Shown piece by piece: positions 1 to 9,333 of a stretch of DNA of 64,000 nt; position 1 is the first letter of the stretch, and each line of letters opens with the position of its first letter. Under the pieces are notes generated by a model. The model saw nothing but the letters and a program-made list of their open reading frames with translations, had not been told where the DNA came from and did no database searches. The DNA is from an uncultured Nitrospiraceae bacterium (GTDB lineage: Bacteria; Nitrospirota; Nitrospiria; Nitrospirales; Nitrospiraceae). A program made the translations under genes and the position numbers. The stretch covers positions 448,001-512,000 of the forward strand of contig CAVSTP010000004.1 in assembly GCA_963730935.1 (NCBI GenBank), read 5' to 3'.

Positions 1-1985
1 GATATATCGAGTCCCATGCTTTCCGCGTGCGACCAGAGGTAGCTGCGCGCGGCTCGAGCCGATTCCTGCATCACTTCTCCCAATTGCCCTGTCAGACTGA
101 CTTCATGACTTCCGGGTAAGAGCGTCGTCTCGATGTAGAGCACGTCTCCACCGGTTGGGGTCCAGGCGAGACCTGTCGCGACACCGACCGGAATATTCTT
201 TCTGGCCTCCTCAGGCATGAAGCGCTCGGGGCCAAGCCATTCGGGCAGGTCGGCCTTCTCGATTCTGATCGTTTGACGTTCCTGACCGTCGGATCGTTCG
301 GCGACCTTCAGCGCCATTTTTCTCGTCAGGCGTCCCAGCATCTGTTCGAGCTGACGGACGCCCGCCTCTCGAGTGTACCGGCTGATGATGTGGTCCAAGA
401 CGTCATCCGGCAGATCCACTTGCTGATCTTCAAGGCCGGCTTCTTTGAGTCTTCGCGGCCAGAGATAGCGCCGGGCAATCTCGGCCTTTTCCCGCTCGCT
501 GTACCCCTGAACCCGGATGATTTCCATACGATCGAGCAGCGGCTGGCTGATCGTATCGAGCGTATTTGCCGTCGTAATAAAGAACACCTTCGACAGATCG
601 AAGGGCAGGTCCAGATAGTGGTCGCGGAACGTATGGTTCTGCGCCGGATCCAAGATTTCCAACAGGGCGGCGGCAGGATCACCGCGAAAGTCCCGGCCCA
701 TCTTATCGACCTCGTCCAGCATGAGAACCGGATTCTTCACGCTGGCACGGCGCATGGCTTGGATGATCCGTCCTGGCAGCGCGCCGACGTACGTCCGGCG
801 GTGCCCGCGAAGCTCAGCCTCATCGTGCACACCACCCAGGCTGAACCGCTCGAATCGGCGCCCCATGGCCCTCGCAATCGATTGACCGAGGCTGGTCTTG
901 CCTACGCCGGGCGGCCCGACGAGGCACAGAATCGGAGCCTTGGCGGAGGGATTTAATTTCAAAACGGCCAGATGCTCCACGATCCGTTCCTTCACCTCTT
1001 TGATGCCATAGTGATCCTCATCCAACACCTGGCGGACCTTGCTCAGATCCATGTGTTCCTCGGAGGCTTTGTTCCACGGCAACTCCAAGACCAGTTCTAA
1101 ATAGGTTCTCAGCACCTGATGGTCGGGCGAGGAGGGCGGCACTTTCGCCAACCGGCTGACCTCGCGCTCGACCTCTTTGCGAACATGGTCCGGAAGATCC
1201 GCCTCTTCGATCCGCTTCTTCAGGTGCGCCACTTCGCTCTCGTCCGTGTCTCCTTCGCCAAGCTCCTGCTGGATGGCCTTCAATTGCTCGCGCAGGATGT
1301 ATTCGCGCTGACTTTTCCCGAGTTTGGCTTGCGTATCGCTGGTGATCTTGTCCCGCAATTGAAGAATTTGGATTTCCTTGGAAAGAAATGCATAGAGCGA
1401 GCGCAACAACTCGATCGTCGATGAGCTTTCGAGCAGCGTCTGTTCTTCCTTCACCGTCAGGTTCAGCAGCGAGGCCACCCGATAGGCAAGAGTCGCGGGG
1501 TTCTCCTCATTGCGAAAGGCGGCGGTTGCCTCCTCGATTCCTGGGGCCTGAATCAGACGCGGAAGATCGGTGATCAACTCCTGGATAGCCCGTTGAAGAG
1601 CCTGGACCTCCCGATCCTGGTCCGCCGGAAGTTCGAGCCTGCGCGCCTGCACCATAAGATAGGGAGACGATTGTTCGACCTTCAGCAGTGCCACACGCTC
1701 CAGGCCCTGGAGCATGGCTTGGATGGTGCCATCCTCCGTGCGGCCAACCTGCTTGACGATGGCTTTCGTCCCGATCGTATAGAGATCGTCGAGGCCCGGA
1801 TTCTCTTTTCCTGGATCGCGTTGCGCCACGACCAAAATGGTTTTCTCTTCCGTCTTCAAGGCAGCGTTGACGGCGGCGACAGATCGATCGCGACCGACCG
1901 TGACCGGCATGAGGACGCCGGGGAACAGGACCGTTCGTTTGATGGGGAGAACCGGTAAAGTCACGGAAACATTTAGGCTGTTCAT
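1..1985 (-). CDS. lon: ATP-dependent Lon protease (3' end runs off the window)
   Basis: Hand translation (absent from ORF track because it has no stop in the window): N-terminal LPVLPIKRTVLFPG, DEDHYGIKEVKERI, Walker A GPPGVGKTS, HRRTYVGALPG, Walker B LMLDEVDK, protease-domain GVATGLAWTPTGG and LTGQLGEVMQESA. Confidence 0.95.
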   Translation of the reverse strand, partial: MNSLNVSVTLPVLPIKRTVLFPGVLMPVTVGRDRSVAAVNAALKTEEKTILVVAQRDPGKENPGLDDLYTIGTKAIVKQVGRTEDGTIQAMLQGLERVALLKVEQSSPYLMVQARRLELPADQDREVQALQRAIQELITDLPRLIQAPGIEEATAAFRNEENPATLAYRVASLLNLTVKEEQTLLESSSTIELLRSLYAFLSKEIQILQLRDKITSDTQAKLGKSQREYILREQLKAIQQELGEGDTDESEVAHLKKRIEEADLPDHVRKEVEREVSRLAKVPPSSPDHQVLRTYLELVLELPWNKASEEHMDLSKVRQVLDEDHYGIKEVKERIVEHLAVLKLNPSAKAPILCLVGPPGVGKTSLGQSIARAMGRRFERFSLGGVHDEAELRGHRRTYVGALPGRIIQAMRRASVKNPVLMLDEVDKMGRDFRGDPAAALLEILDPAQNHTFRDHYLDLPFDLSKVFFITTANTLDTISQPLLDRMEIIRVQGYSEREKAEIARRYLWPRRLKEAGLEDQQVDLPDDVLDHIISRYTREAGVRQLEQMLGRLTRKMALKVAERSDGQERQTIRIEKADLPEWLGPERFMPEEARKNIPVGVATGLAWTPTGGDVLYIETTLLPGSHEVSLTGQLGEVMQESARAARSYLWSHAESMGLDI

Positions 1986-2093
1986 GCGTGCTGACCTCCG
2001 ATCAGTGGTAACCCTATTTCAGGTGTAGCCGACAGATAGGTTCGGACCGGAGAGAAGTCAAGAAAGGGAACGATCAGGGGAGATTAGCGCGCT

Positions 2094-4118
2094 CTAACGA
2101 TCAACGAACAGTCCACCGTCAGGATACAGAGTGACCTTTCCATTTGACGGCCGATGAGACGCTGGAGTGGCGGCATCTTGCGGCATCGCATAGGTATCTT
2201 GCCCCTTGAGGTCGAAAAAAGCGCCGAGGCCATGCTCTGAAGATTGTCCGAATCCTTCTTTCACTTGATACTGATCGTCACCACCTTCATCGATGAACAG
2301 CCCCCATCCGGAATAATCAGCCTTTCCCAGGCCGGTCGTCGGCGTAAAGGCGTACCGGTCGCTTTCGACTCCAGCATCGATCATGAGACTCACGCTATGA
2401 TCCCATGCGACGCCGCCGTTATAAAACGGCCCGGTAGAGCCGTAGCGATCGGCGCCATGACGGTCGTTGAATAATCCGACCCCATAGTGGGCAGATGATC
2501 CATGCCCGTAGCGGGCGGCCAGATACTCATCGTTCCCGTCCAGATCGAGGAAGAGCCCAGTGCCGAAAAAATAGCCGTGTCCCTGGGAAAAATTGGCGCT
2601 TTGATACCGGTCGTTGCCTTCGATGTCGAGTAGGAGGCCCCAGCCTCCGGCCAAATTGTAGGCTTGCCAATCGGGCCGTTTGGTCAAGATGCGCTCACCT
2701 GAGCCAGTACCCAACCCAAAGCAATCGTACTGAAATAGGGCGTCGCCCGGCTTCGCCCTTGGCGCATCCTCGGCATTGTACGCGCTGGGAACCTTGTTTC
2801 CGCATTGGTATTGGTCTTCTCCCTGCAGGTCGATCACTGCTCCGACGCCCTGGGGACCGCCGAACCCGACGGAAAAGCCATGACTGGTATATCGATCGTT
2901 GCCCGATGCATCGAACAATAAACCCAAGCCGCCGATAGCTGCGCCTTGAGTCAGGCGACTGCCCATATACACATCATTGCCCCTGGCATCGAACAGAATA
3001 CCCAGACCTCCGAACCCCGCACCGCCGGATCCGGTATCCAACTGATAGACATCGTCGCCTGCTTGATCGATCAAAAGCCCTACGCCGAGCCGACCAGTGG
3101 CGAGACCCAATGGAGAGCCGGTATAGGTGTCATTGCCTCCGAGATCGATCACCACCGCATTGCCGTGATCCGCATCGCTAGAAGCGGCAATCTTGCCTCG
3201 AAATAAATCATCCCCACCCAGATCGATCACGAGTCCAAAGCGATGATCGAGTTCATAGGTGTTGGGACCTGTCCCTCCAATAACAATCATCCCATACGAT
3301 GTCTCCTCAACATGCAAGACCGTTCCGGTAATACCGGTCGGGGCCTTTGACAGCGGGGGAGCTTGACCAAACACGGCGACCAGCTGACGTGCCCACGGAT
3401 CGTTCGCCAGACGGGCCAAGACCTGTGCCGCGGCAATCAAATTAGCATAGTCGACTTGCTCCTCAATTAACTCGGCGAATCGCTGATCGGCCTGGACTCT
3501 AGCGATCTTTTTCGGCGATAAGTTCGAAATCTGGGGACTGAATTGTTCGGCAAGGGTTTGGGCATGGCTGAAGAGGAATCGCCGCTCCTCCTCTGTCAGA
3601 TGCGCCACGGCCTTTTCTCGATGGAGAGACGCCTCCTCGAGACTTTCCAGCATGAACGCGACCAAATCTTTCCTGGTGAGGTTTGCCGGAACCGAGACGG
3701 GCTTATGGAAGGCGGATGTTCGATCCATGCCAGCTTCCAACACGTCGAGGAGAACGGCCAGATTGACGGATCGACCTTCCGCCAGTTCTGCCAAGAGCAA
3801 TCCCTGACGCTCGACATGGCTCAGTCCTTCCCAAGGTTGTTTTAGCGCCGCCACGGAGAGACTGCGCTTATACTTCGCGTTGACCGTGTCGAGGGTCGAA
3901 TGTGCTTGAATCAACGAGGCTTGAGCCGTAGGCAGGAGCCGGTCAAGAACGGGGCGAACGGCGGGAGCCAGGCGCGAAAGCGTCGACTCCCTCATGGGAG
4001 CATTGGCGATGCCCGTGTCCGGAGGCCCCAGCCAGGCGAAGAAACCTTGAACGAGGCTGCACCCGGGCAGAGTCACAAGAAACAGGAAATTGAGCGTCAC
4101 CAATATATGCCGAATCAC
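2094..4118 (-). CDS. Uncharacterised lipoprotein with about 12 Gly/Asp-rich DxxGxDxY repeats
   Basis: ORF 2094..4301; probable GTG start at 4118 gives a signal peptide with lipobox LPGC; the C-terminal half repeats units such as GLLIDQAGDDVY. Confidence 0.75.
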   Translation of the reverse strand: MIRHILVTLNFLFLVTLPGCSLVQGFFAWLGPPDTGIANAPMRESTLSRLAPAVRPVLDRLLPTAQASLIQAHSTLDTVNAKYKRSLSVAALKQPWEGLSHVERQGLLLAELAEGRSVNLAVLLDVLEAGMDRTSAFHKPVSVPANLTRKDLVAFMLESLEEASLHREKAVAHLTEEERRFLFSHAQTLAEQFSPQISNLSPKKIARVQADQRFAELIEEQVDYANLIAAAQVLARLANDPWARQLVAVFGQAPPLSKAPTGITGTVLHVEETSYGMIVIGGTGPNTYELDHRFGLVIDLGGDDLFRGKIAASSDADHGNAVVIDLGGNDTYTGSPLGLATGRLGVGLLIDQAGDDVYQLDTGSGGAGFGGLGILFDARGNDVYMGSRLTQGAAIGGLGLLFDASGNDRYTSHGFSVGFGGPQGVGAVIDLQGEDQYQCGNKVPSAYNAEDAPRAKPGDALFQYDCFGLGTGSGERILTKRPDWQAYNLAGGWGLLLDIEGNDRYQSANFSQGHGYFFGTGLFLDLDGNDEYLAARYGHGSSAHYGVGLFNDRHGADRYGSTGPFYNGGVAWDHSVSLMIDAGVESDRYAFTPTTGLGKADYSGWGLFIDEGGDDQYQVKEGFGQSSEHGLGAFFDLKGQDTYAMPQDAATPASHRPSNGKVTLYPDGGLFVDR

Positions 4119-4179
4119 GCCGCCCGCGACCTCTGAAAAGATCACTGCTCGGAGGCCGTACTGTATCACAGCTTGAAAG

Positions 4180-5355
4180 TCAGCTCTCCGATTCGTGGCT
4201 GAGGTTTCGCCTAGCGCTGCCACGCACGATTTTGAACTCGTAGAGGCGACATTCCAATGCTCCGTTATAGAGAGGGATCCGTCGCGAGGGCGAAAGTCCA
4301 ATCGTTTTCGTAAGACGCGCGTCGGCGGTCAGAATGTATGCGCGCCATCCGGCAAACTTCCGCTTCAGCCAGTCGCCCAGCCGGGGATAAAAAGATTCAA
4401 GTTCATGCGCGTTACCCAACCGCACTCCATAGGGCGGATTCATCAAGAGCACTCCTTTGGGGGCGGGTGGCTCGAGCGACAATACCTCCTGCTGATGAAG
4501 ACGAACATCGATTGCGACGCCCGCTCCTTGGAACAGCCGTTGCGCCGTCTTGACTGCGGACGCATCGTGATCGGAAGCGTAGATCGCAACAGGAATTTCT
4601 TTCCGCTGCTTCAGCCTCGCGGCTTCGCGGAGCTGAGCCCACCGTTTCGCATCATGGATCTGAAATCGTTCGAAGGCGAAAGAGCGAGCGAACCCAGGGG
4701 CGATCCGCCGCGCCATCAGCGCTGCCTCAAGGGGAATGGTGCCTGTCCCGCACATCGGATCCATAAGAACTTCGTCCGGCGTCCAACCGGCGAGCCGCAG
4801 GAGGCCGGCTGCCAGATTCTCTCGTAGCGGCGCCTCCACTGGATTGAGACGATACCCTCGTTTGAACAGCGGCTCCCCGGATGTATCGAGATACAAGGTG
4901 ACGGATTCTGAGTCGATGAATGCGTCGATGCGGATATCGGGATGGTGGGTGTCCACCGTCGGCCGCTTTTTGGTTGCAGCAAGAAACTTGTCACAGATGG
5001 CGTCTTTGATCCGTAGCGTCAAAAAATCCAGACTGGGAAGCGGACACCGATGGGCCGTCACTCTGACCTTAATGGTGTTGGAAGAGGCGAACCAATCGGG
5101 CCACGCCAACTCATAGGCGGCTCGATAGACGTCATCTGCGGTCCGATAAGGCCGATGACCGGCCTCCCAGAGCACTCGGCTGGCGACGTGGCTCCAGAGA
5201 TTTACCCAGTACATCGTGGACCAGGGTGCTTGGAACCTGACGCCTCCTGCCGTTGCCGCTGTCAAAGGGATACCCAGCGCGTGGAGTTCCTCGTCGAGCA
5301 CCTGTTCCAACCCACGCGGGCAGGGTGCAAAAAAATGGTGTTTTGTGCTATCCAT
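4180..5355 (-). CDS. rlmL: THUMP-domain rRNA m2G methyltransferase (RlmL-like, single domain)
   Basis: LDTSGEPLFKRGYR, APLRENLAAG, SAM motif DPMCGTGTI, catalytic NPPYG. Confidence 0.85.
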   Translation of the reverse strand: MDSTKHHFFAPCPRGLEQVLDEELHALGIPLTAATAGGVRFQAPWSTMYWVNLWSHVASRVLWEAGHRPYRTADDVYRAAYELAWPDWFASSNTIKVRVTAHRCPLPSLDFLTLRIKDAICDKFLAATKKRPTVDTHHPDIRIDAFIDSESVTLYLDTSGEPLFKRGYRLNPVEAPLRENLAAGLLRLAGWTPDEVLMDPMCGTGTIPLEAALMARRIAPGFARSFAFERFQIHDAKRWAQLREAARLKQRKEIPVAIYASDHDASAVKTAQRLFQGAGVAIDVRLHQQEVLSLEPPAPKGVLLMNPPYGVRLGNAHELESFYPRLGDWLKRKFAGWRAYILTADARLTKTIGLSPSRRIPLYNGALECRLYEFKIVRGSARRNLSHESES

Positions 5356-5386
5356 GCGCTGAGGCTTCTCTACCGGCATGGCGGCC

Positions 5387-5926
5387 ATGAAGTTTTGCGG
5401 CGAATGCGGGAAATCCGTCTCGCAGAAAATCCCTCAGGGCGATAACCTTCCGCGATTCGTTTGCGACTCGTGCCAGGCCATTCACTACCATAACCCGAAG
5501 ATCGTGGCAGGGTGCATCCCCGAATGGAAAGGGCGAATCCTGTTGTGCCGCCGTGCCATCGAACCCAAGTCCGGTCTCTGGACCTATCCGGCCGGATTCA
5601 TGGAAATCGGCGAGGGAACCGAGGAGGCGGCCAGGCGAGAAACACTGGAAGAGGCCGGAGCGCGAGTGACCATCGTGAAGTTGCACTCGGTGCTCAGCCT
5701 TCCCCATATCGGCCAGGTGTACTTGACGTTCATCGGCCACCTGGAAGCGGAAGTCTTTGAGGCAGGCATGGAAAGTCTTGATGTACGGCTGTTCGAGCGG
5801 CAGGACATTCCCTGGGGCGACATCGCCTTTCCCGTCGTGAAGGATGCGCTGCGTCGATATGTGGATGATGTCGTGGGTGGGACGTTCCACTTGCATGTCG
5901 CCGATCTGCCCGGCCGTCTCGTCTGA
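5387..5926 (+). CDS. NUDIX hydrolase with N-terminal zinc ribbon
   Basis: CGECG...CDSC zinc ribbon; Nudix box GFMEIGEGTEEAARRETLEEAG. Confidence 0.88.
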   Translation: MKFCGECGKSVSQKIPQGDNLPRFVCDSCQAIHYHNPKIVAGCIPEWKGRILLCRRAIEPKSGLWTYPAGFMEIGEGTEEAARRETLEEAGARVTIVKLHSVLSLPHIGQVYLTFIGHLEAEVFEAGMESLDVRLFERQDIPWGDIAFPVVKDALRRYVDDVVGGTFHLHVADLPGRLV

Positions 5927-5927
5927 A

Positions 5928-6188
5928 TCATCGGTTCAAGGCGTTCTTATGGATGACGGCATGGATGTCCACCAGTCCCTCGTTCCGGTCAATCGCATAA
6001 AAGATGCGCCAATCGGCGACCGCATACTTGTGTAATCCCGGGAAATCAGACATGACATCGTGGCGAAGATTTTCAACGTTGGAAGCGATCCACTTGGTCT
6101 TCTCAAGGAGCCGTTGGGCCATCGGCAGACCGATGGGCATAAGGTCTTGAACGACGCCCGCCTGAAACGTCAGCCGATACCAGGGCAT
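5928..6188 (-). CDS. RelE/ParE-family toxin-like protein
   Basis: 86 aa with YRLTF N-terminus and VADWRIFYAID...IHAVIHK pattern; 5 nt downstream of a small acidic gene. Confidence 0.7.
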   Translation of the reverse strand: MPWYRLTFQAGVVQDLMPIGLPMAQRLLEKTKWIASNVENLRHDVMSDFPGLHKYAVADWRIFYAIDRNEGLVDIHAVIHKNALNR

Positions 6189-6193
6189 CGCGT

Positions 6194-6397
6194 TTACCAG
6201 CGCAGCCCGAGTTTTTCAGCCAGCTCCTCGCCGGACAGCCGCTCGCTATTTGCGAGAGAGGCCTTGAGTCTGGCGCGCAGCGCCTCGCCCAGTTCCAGGC
6301 CTAAGTCAGGATCGCCGATCAGTTCACGCAAGCGGTCATCCACCAGCCCACGTACTAATTGCTTCAACTGATCTGGCGTCAACGAGGAGAGATCCAT
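6194..6397 (-). CDS. Putative type II antitoxin
   Basis: 67 aa helical protein upstream of the toxin, ending LSGEELAEKLGL. Confidence 0.65.
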   Translation of the reverse strand: MDLSSLTPDQLKQLVRGLVDDRLRELIGDPDLGLELGEALRARLKASLANSERLSGEELAEKLGLRW

Positions 6398-6406
6398 TTC
6401 GGGAAG

Positions 6407-6435
6407 AGAATACGGAGGGCGGCTGGGAAATGCAA
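6407..6435 (-). promoter_or_regulatory. Sigma70-type promoter of the TA operon (probably near-leaderless)
   Basis: TTGCAT-N17-TATTCT ending 9 nt before the ATG at 6397; no Shine-Dalgarno. Confidence 0.55.
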
Positions 6436-6446
6436 ACCGGTGAGAG

Positions 6447-6773
6447 CTAACTCGGAGGGGCGGTCTTTTCCAACTGCTGGATGAATCGGCCCAATCTCAT
6501 CTGTTCAGGTTCTGCGACGATGAGGAATTCCATACCGATGCCTTGAGACCCGCACCAGCGCACAGCGGCATTCTCGATTTTTAGCGGAACGGCCTCTCCC
6601 GGCAGCTGCAAGAGCAGCGACACCTGCATTCCAGTGAAAGGCGTAATCAAGCTTTCGACACGACAGCCCTTCGCCGAGAGGTCGCGGATGGAACCTTTGT
6701 GCCGAAACTGATCGCGCTGAACCAGCACGCTCGGCATGCTGACGGGAAAACGACGGTGCTTGCGAGTGACCAC
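6447..6773 (-). CDS. Stand-alone PilZ domain protein
   Basis: RKHRR (RxxxR), DLSAKG (DxSxxG), VRW, GMEF. Confidence 0.88.
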   Translation of the reverse strand: MVTRKHRRFPVSMPSVLVQRDQFRHKGSIRDLSAKGCRVESLITPFTGMQVSLLLQLPGEAVPLKIENAAVRWCGSQGIGMEFLIVAEPEQMRLGRFIQQLEKTAPPS

Positions 6774-6799
6774 TCTGGATGTCCTTCTGTACGAGTGCC

Positions 6800-7114
6800 T
6801 TACGCGGCGGCTACAGCCAGATTATGCAGATATTGAGCCAGCCGCTCCCGCTGAAGCTCCTCCATGCCCAGAAATTCGATGCCGAATTCGTATTGCAGCA
6901 TCCAGCGCACCGTTGCCATGCGGACGGTAATGGAGAGCGCCTGCTTGGGAACATTGAGAGAAAGCGCCACCATCGCACCGATCGTCAGCGGGCGATCCGT
7001 GACGATCTTGCAACCCCCCATGCCCAGGTTGTATACGATTCCCGTGCCCTCACAATCTCCGACAAATCGCGCGGGGAATTCGACAATGTACCGTTCATAC
7101 TGGCGCTTGTTCAT
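6800..7114 (-). CDS. Stand-alone PilZ domain protein
   Basis: RQYER, NLGMGG, VRW, FGIEF. Confidence 0.85.
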   Translation of the reverse strand: MNKRQYERYIVEFPARFVGDCEGTGIVYNLGMGGCKIVTDRPLTIGAMVALSLNVPKQALSITVRMATVRWMLQYEFGIEFLGMEELQRERLAQYLHNLAVAAA

Positions 7115-7242
7115 AGACCTGCACACAGGGAAACTGACTAGGATCGGTGCTTAAGCTTACGAACTCTCTCCCAGGATGAAACTACGGGCATATTCCAAAT
7201 TTGTCAAAGAAAACCGGATGTTTCACAGAACCGAGGACTGAA

Positions 7243-7962
7243 ATGCAGCGCTTGGCTGGCAAAGTGGCAGTGGTCACCGGCAGTAGTAGCGGCATCGGCA
7301 AAGCCATAGCCCTTCGGTTTGGCGAGGAAGGGGCTAAAGTCGTCGTCGCGGCGAGAAGAAAGGCGTTGTGCGAGCAGACGGCCAAACAGATCTGCCGCAA
7401 GGGCGGGGAAGCATTTGTCATTCAAGCCGATGTCAGTCACGAAACCCAGGTCGACATGCTCTATGACAAGGCCTTGCAGCAATATGGCCGCGTGGACATT
7501 GCGGTCCACAACGCCGGCATCTTCGGAGGAAGGAGAATCGCAGAAACCACGACACCGGCCTTTGACGAAGTGATGAATGTCAATCTACGCGGCACATTTT
7601 TCTGTTGCAGAGCGGCGTTCAAGCACATGAAAGCTCATGGCGGCGGGGTCATCATCAACATATCCAGCGTGGCCGGCGTACAAGCCTGGGCGGGGACTGG
7701 CGTCTACAGCGCCTCCAAGCACGGGGTGATGGCCCTGACGAGGGCGTTGGCGGATGAAGGACGGCCGTTCAATATCAAGGTGTCCGCCATCTGTCCCGGA
7801 GGAGTGGCTGACGAATTGGTCGATTCGACACCGGAGGAAATATTGCGCAGCGAAAAAATCAGCCCGTTCGACATCGCGGAAACGGCCGTTTATCTTTGTA
7901 CGCTAGGGAAGTTCGCGGTGGTTCAGGAAGTAGTCGTCAACCGATTGGGAGCCGACTGGTAA
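7243..7962 (+). CDS. Short-chain dehydrogenase/reductase (SDR)
   Basis: TGSSSGIG, HNAG, NISS, YSASK; GAGG before ATG 7243. Confidence 0.92.
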   Translation: MQRLAGKVAVVTGSSSGIGKAIALRFGEEGAKVVVAARRKALCEQTAKQICRKGGEAFVIQADVSHETQVDMLYDKALQQYGRVDIAVHNAGIFGGRRIAETTTPAFDEVMNVNLRGTFFCCRAAFKHMKAHGGGVIINISSVAGVQAWAGTGVYSASKHGVMALTRALADEGRPFNIKVSAICPGGVADELVDSTPEEILRSEKISPFDIAETAVYLCTLGKFAVVQEVVVNRLGADW

Positions 7963-7977
7963 ATTGGCGGTAAGCGG

Positions 7978-8472
7978 CTACCAGTGTCGGCCATAGTGCC
8001 GGTAGAAGAACCGGGGTCCCCAGTACGGACGGCCATAGTAACCGTAGAAGCCTGGCACGCCCCATGGTCGCCCCAGATACAACCCAATGCCCACCGGCGG
8101 GTACGCGTAGGCATAAGGATAGACATAGGGAGGCGGCACGATCGCAGTGGCAACGGGCGGCTGCGACAGATGCTGTTGAAGCTGTGCCGTGGCCGCAGTC
8201 TGTCGGTCCACCTGACCTTTCAACTGTCCGACCAGATCCTGCTGCGCCTGCACCCGGCCTTCGAGCTGCGCGATCTGCTCCTGCTGATGCTCGATGAAGG
8301 CATTCAGACAGCGGGTCTGTGCCGCATCTGTATAGTTTGAGCATTCCCAAGGCACCTGCGGACTTGTGGCTTCAGCGGACAGGCCATGAAGAGCCATTCC
8401 CATCACCGCCACGCTGAGCAGGAATAATCGCCATGGGAAAGAACGGGAGGATGGCGCGGGCTGAGTGATCAT
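7978..8472 (-). CDS. Secreted hypothetical protein (Cys pair, coiled coil, Tyr/Gly/Pro-rich tail)
   Basis: Strong SD AAGGAGGTG; hydrophobic signal-like N-terminus; low-complexity C-terminus. Confidence 0.65.
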   Translation of the reverse strand: MITQPAPSSRSFPWRLFLLSVAVMGMALHGLSAEATSPQVPWECSNYTDAAQTRCLNAFIEHQQEQIAQLEGRVQAQQDLVGQLKGQVDRQTAATAQLQQHLSQPPVATAIVPPPYVYPYAYAYPPVGIGLYLGRPWGVPGFYGYYGRPYWGPRFFYRHYGRHW

Positions 8473-8544
8473 AGGATCACCTCCTTGAGAGACACCTTAC
8501 ACATTATCATGCGTTTTTCAGTTGCGCCAGATCGCCGCCGGCGT

Positions 8545-8573
8545 TTGCTTTTGTCCCTCTGGAATCCTACAAT
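8545..8573 (+). promoter_or_regulatory. Sigma70-type promoter of the mutY operon
   Basis: TTGCTT-N17-TACAAT. Confidence 0.5.
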
Positions 8574-8595
8574 GCCGCCGCAAGCACAAAATTCC

Positions 8596-9333
8596 ATGGC
8601 TTCCCCGACCATCTCAGGATCCAGCGCAGCCAGACCTCTGCGGCGGCCGTCCTGGCCTGCCGGTCCGCTGAAACGCCGGTTCCAACAACGGCTGTTGAAG
8701 TGGTATGCCAGCTTCGGCAGGGATTTGCCCTGGCGGAAAACCTCCGATCCCTACCATATTCTCGTCTCAGAGGTGATGCTCCAGCAGACTCAGGTGGATC
8801 GCGTGATCCCGAAATATCATCAATTCCTCGATCGTTATCCGAGTTTTGAAAGACTGGCGTCCGCCCGGGTGAAAGAGGTAAAGAAACTCTGGTATCCCTT
8901 GGGGTACAACATCAGGCCGGAGCGTCTCCATAGTATTGCGTGCGAAACGGTCGAGCGGTACGGCGGAAAATTACCCAACGATCACGGCCAGCTGTTGTCG
9001 TTCAAAGGCATTGGACGCTACACCGCTGGCGCCATCCGATCTTTTGCGTTCAATGAGGACGCCGCGATCCTGGATACCAACGTCATCCGCGTGCTGTACC
9101 GCGTGTTCATCGCCAAAGGTGATCCGCGGAAACACACGGTGAAGTTATGGCGGCTGGCGGAAACGCTGATTCCTCCCGGCAAAGGCTACGATTTCAACCA
9201 GGCCCTGATGGATTTCGGCGCGATCCGTTGTACGGCACGGACACCTTCATGCGAGTCATGCCCCATGACGCCGATCTGCAAAACATATCCGTTCGCGAGA
9301 GGAAAGAGCTCATGGCGAAAGTCGTCGAAGTAG
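8596..9333 (+). CDS. mutY: A/G-specific adenine glycosylase, short form without the C-terminal Nudix-like domain
   Basis: RDLPWR, VSEVMLQQTQV, WYPLGY, HhH FKGIGRYTAGAI, LDTNV, Fe-S motif C-x6-C-x2-C-x5-C; start may be 8572 or 8596. Confidence 0.88.
   Translation: MASPTISGSSAARPLRRPSWPAGPLKRRFQQRLLKWYASFGRDLPWRKTSDPYHILVSEVMLQQTQVDRVIPKYHQFLDRYPSFERLASARVKEVKKLWYPLGYNIRPERLHSIACETVERYGGKLPNDHGQLLSFKGIGRYTAGAIRSFAFNEDAAILDTNVIRVLYRVFIAKGDPRKHTVKLWRLAETLIPPGKGYDFNQALMDFGAIRCTARTPSCESCPMTPICKTYPFARGKSSWRKSSK

Noticed and set aside
273..1958. Several plus-strand ORFs of 100-227 aa
   Set aside because: They are antisense shadows of lon, which occupies the minus strand with clear motifs
4119..4301. 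N-terminal extension of the 735-aa ORF overlapping rlmL
   Set aside because: The signal peptide and lipobox begin at GTG 4118; the extension is an open-frame artefact
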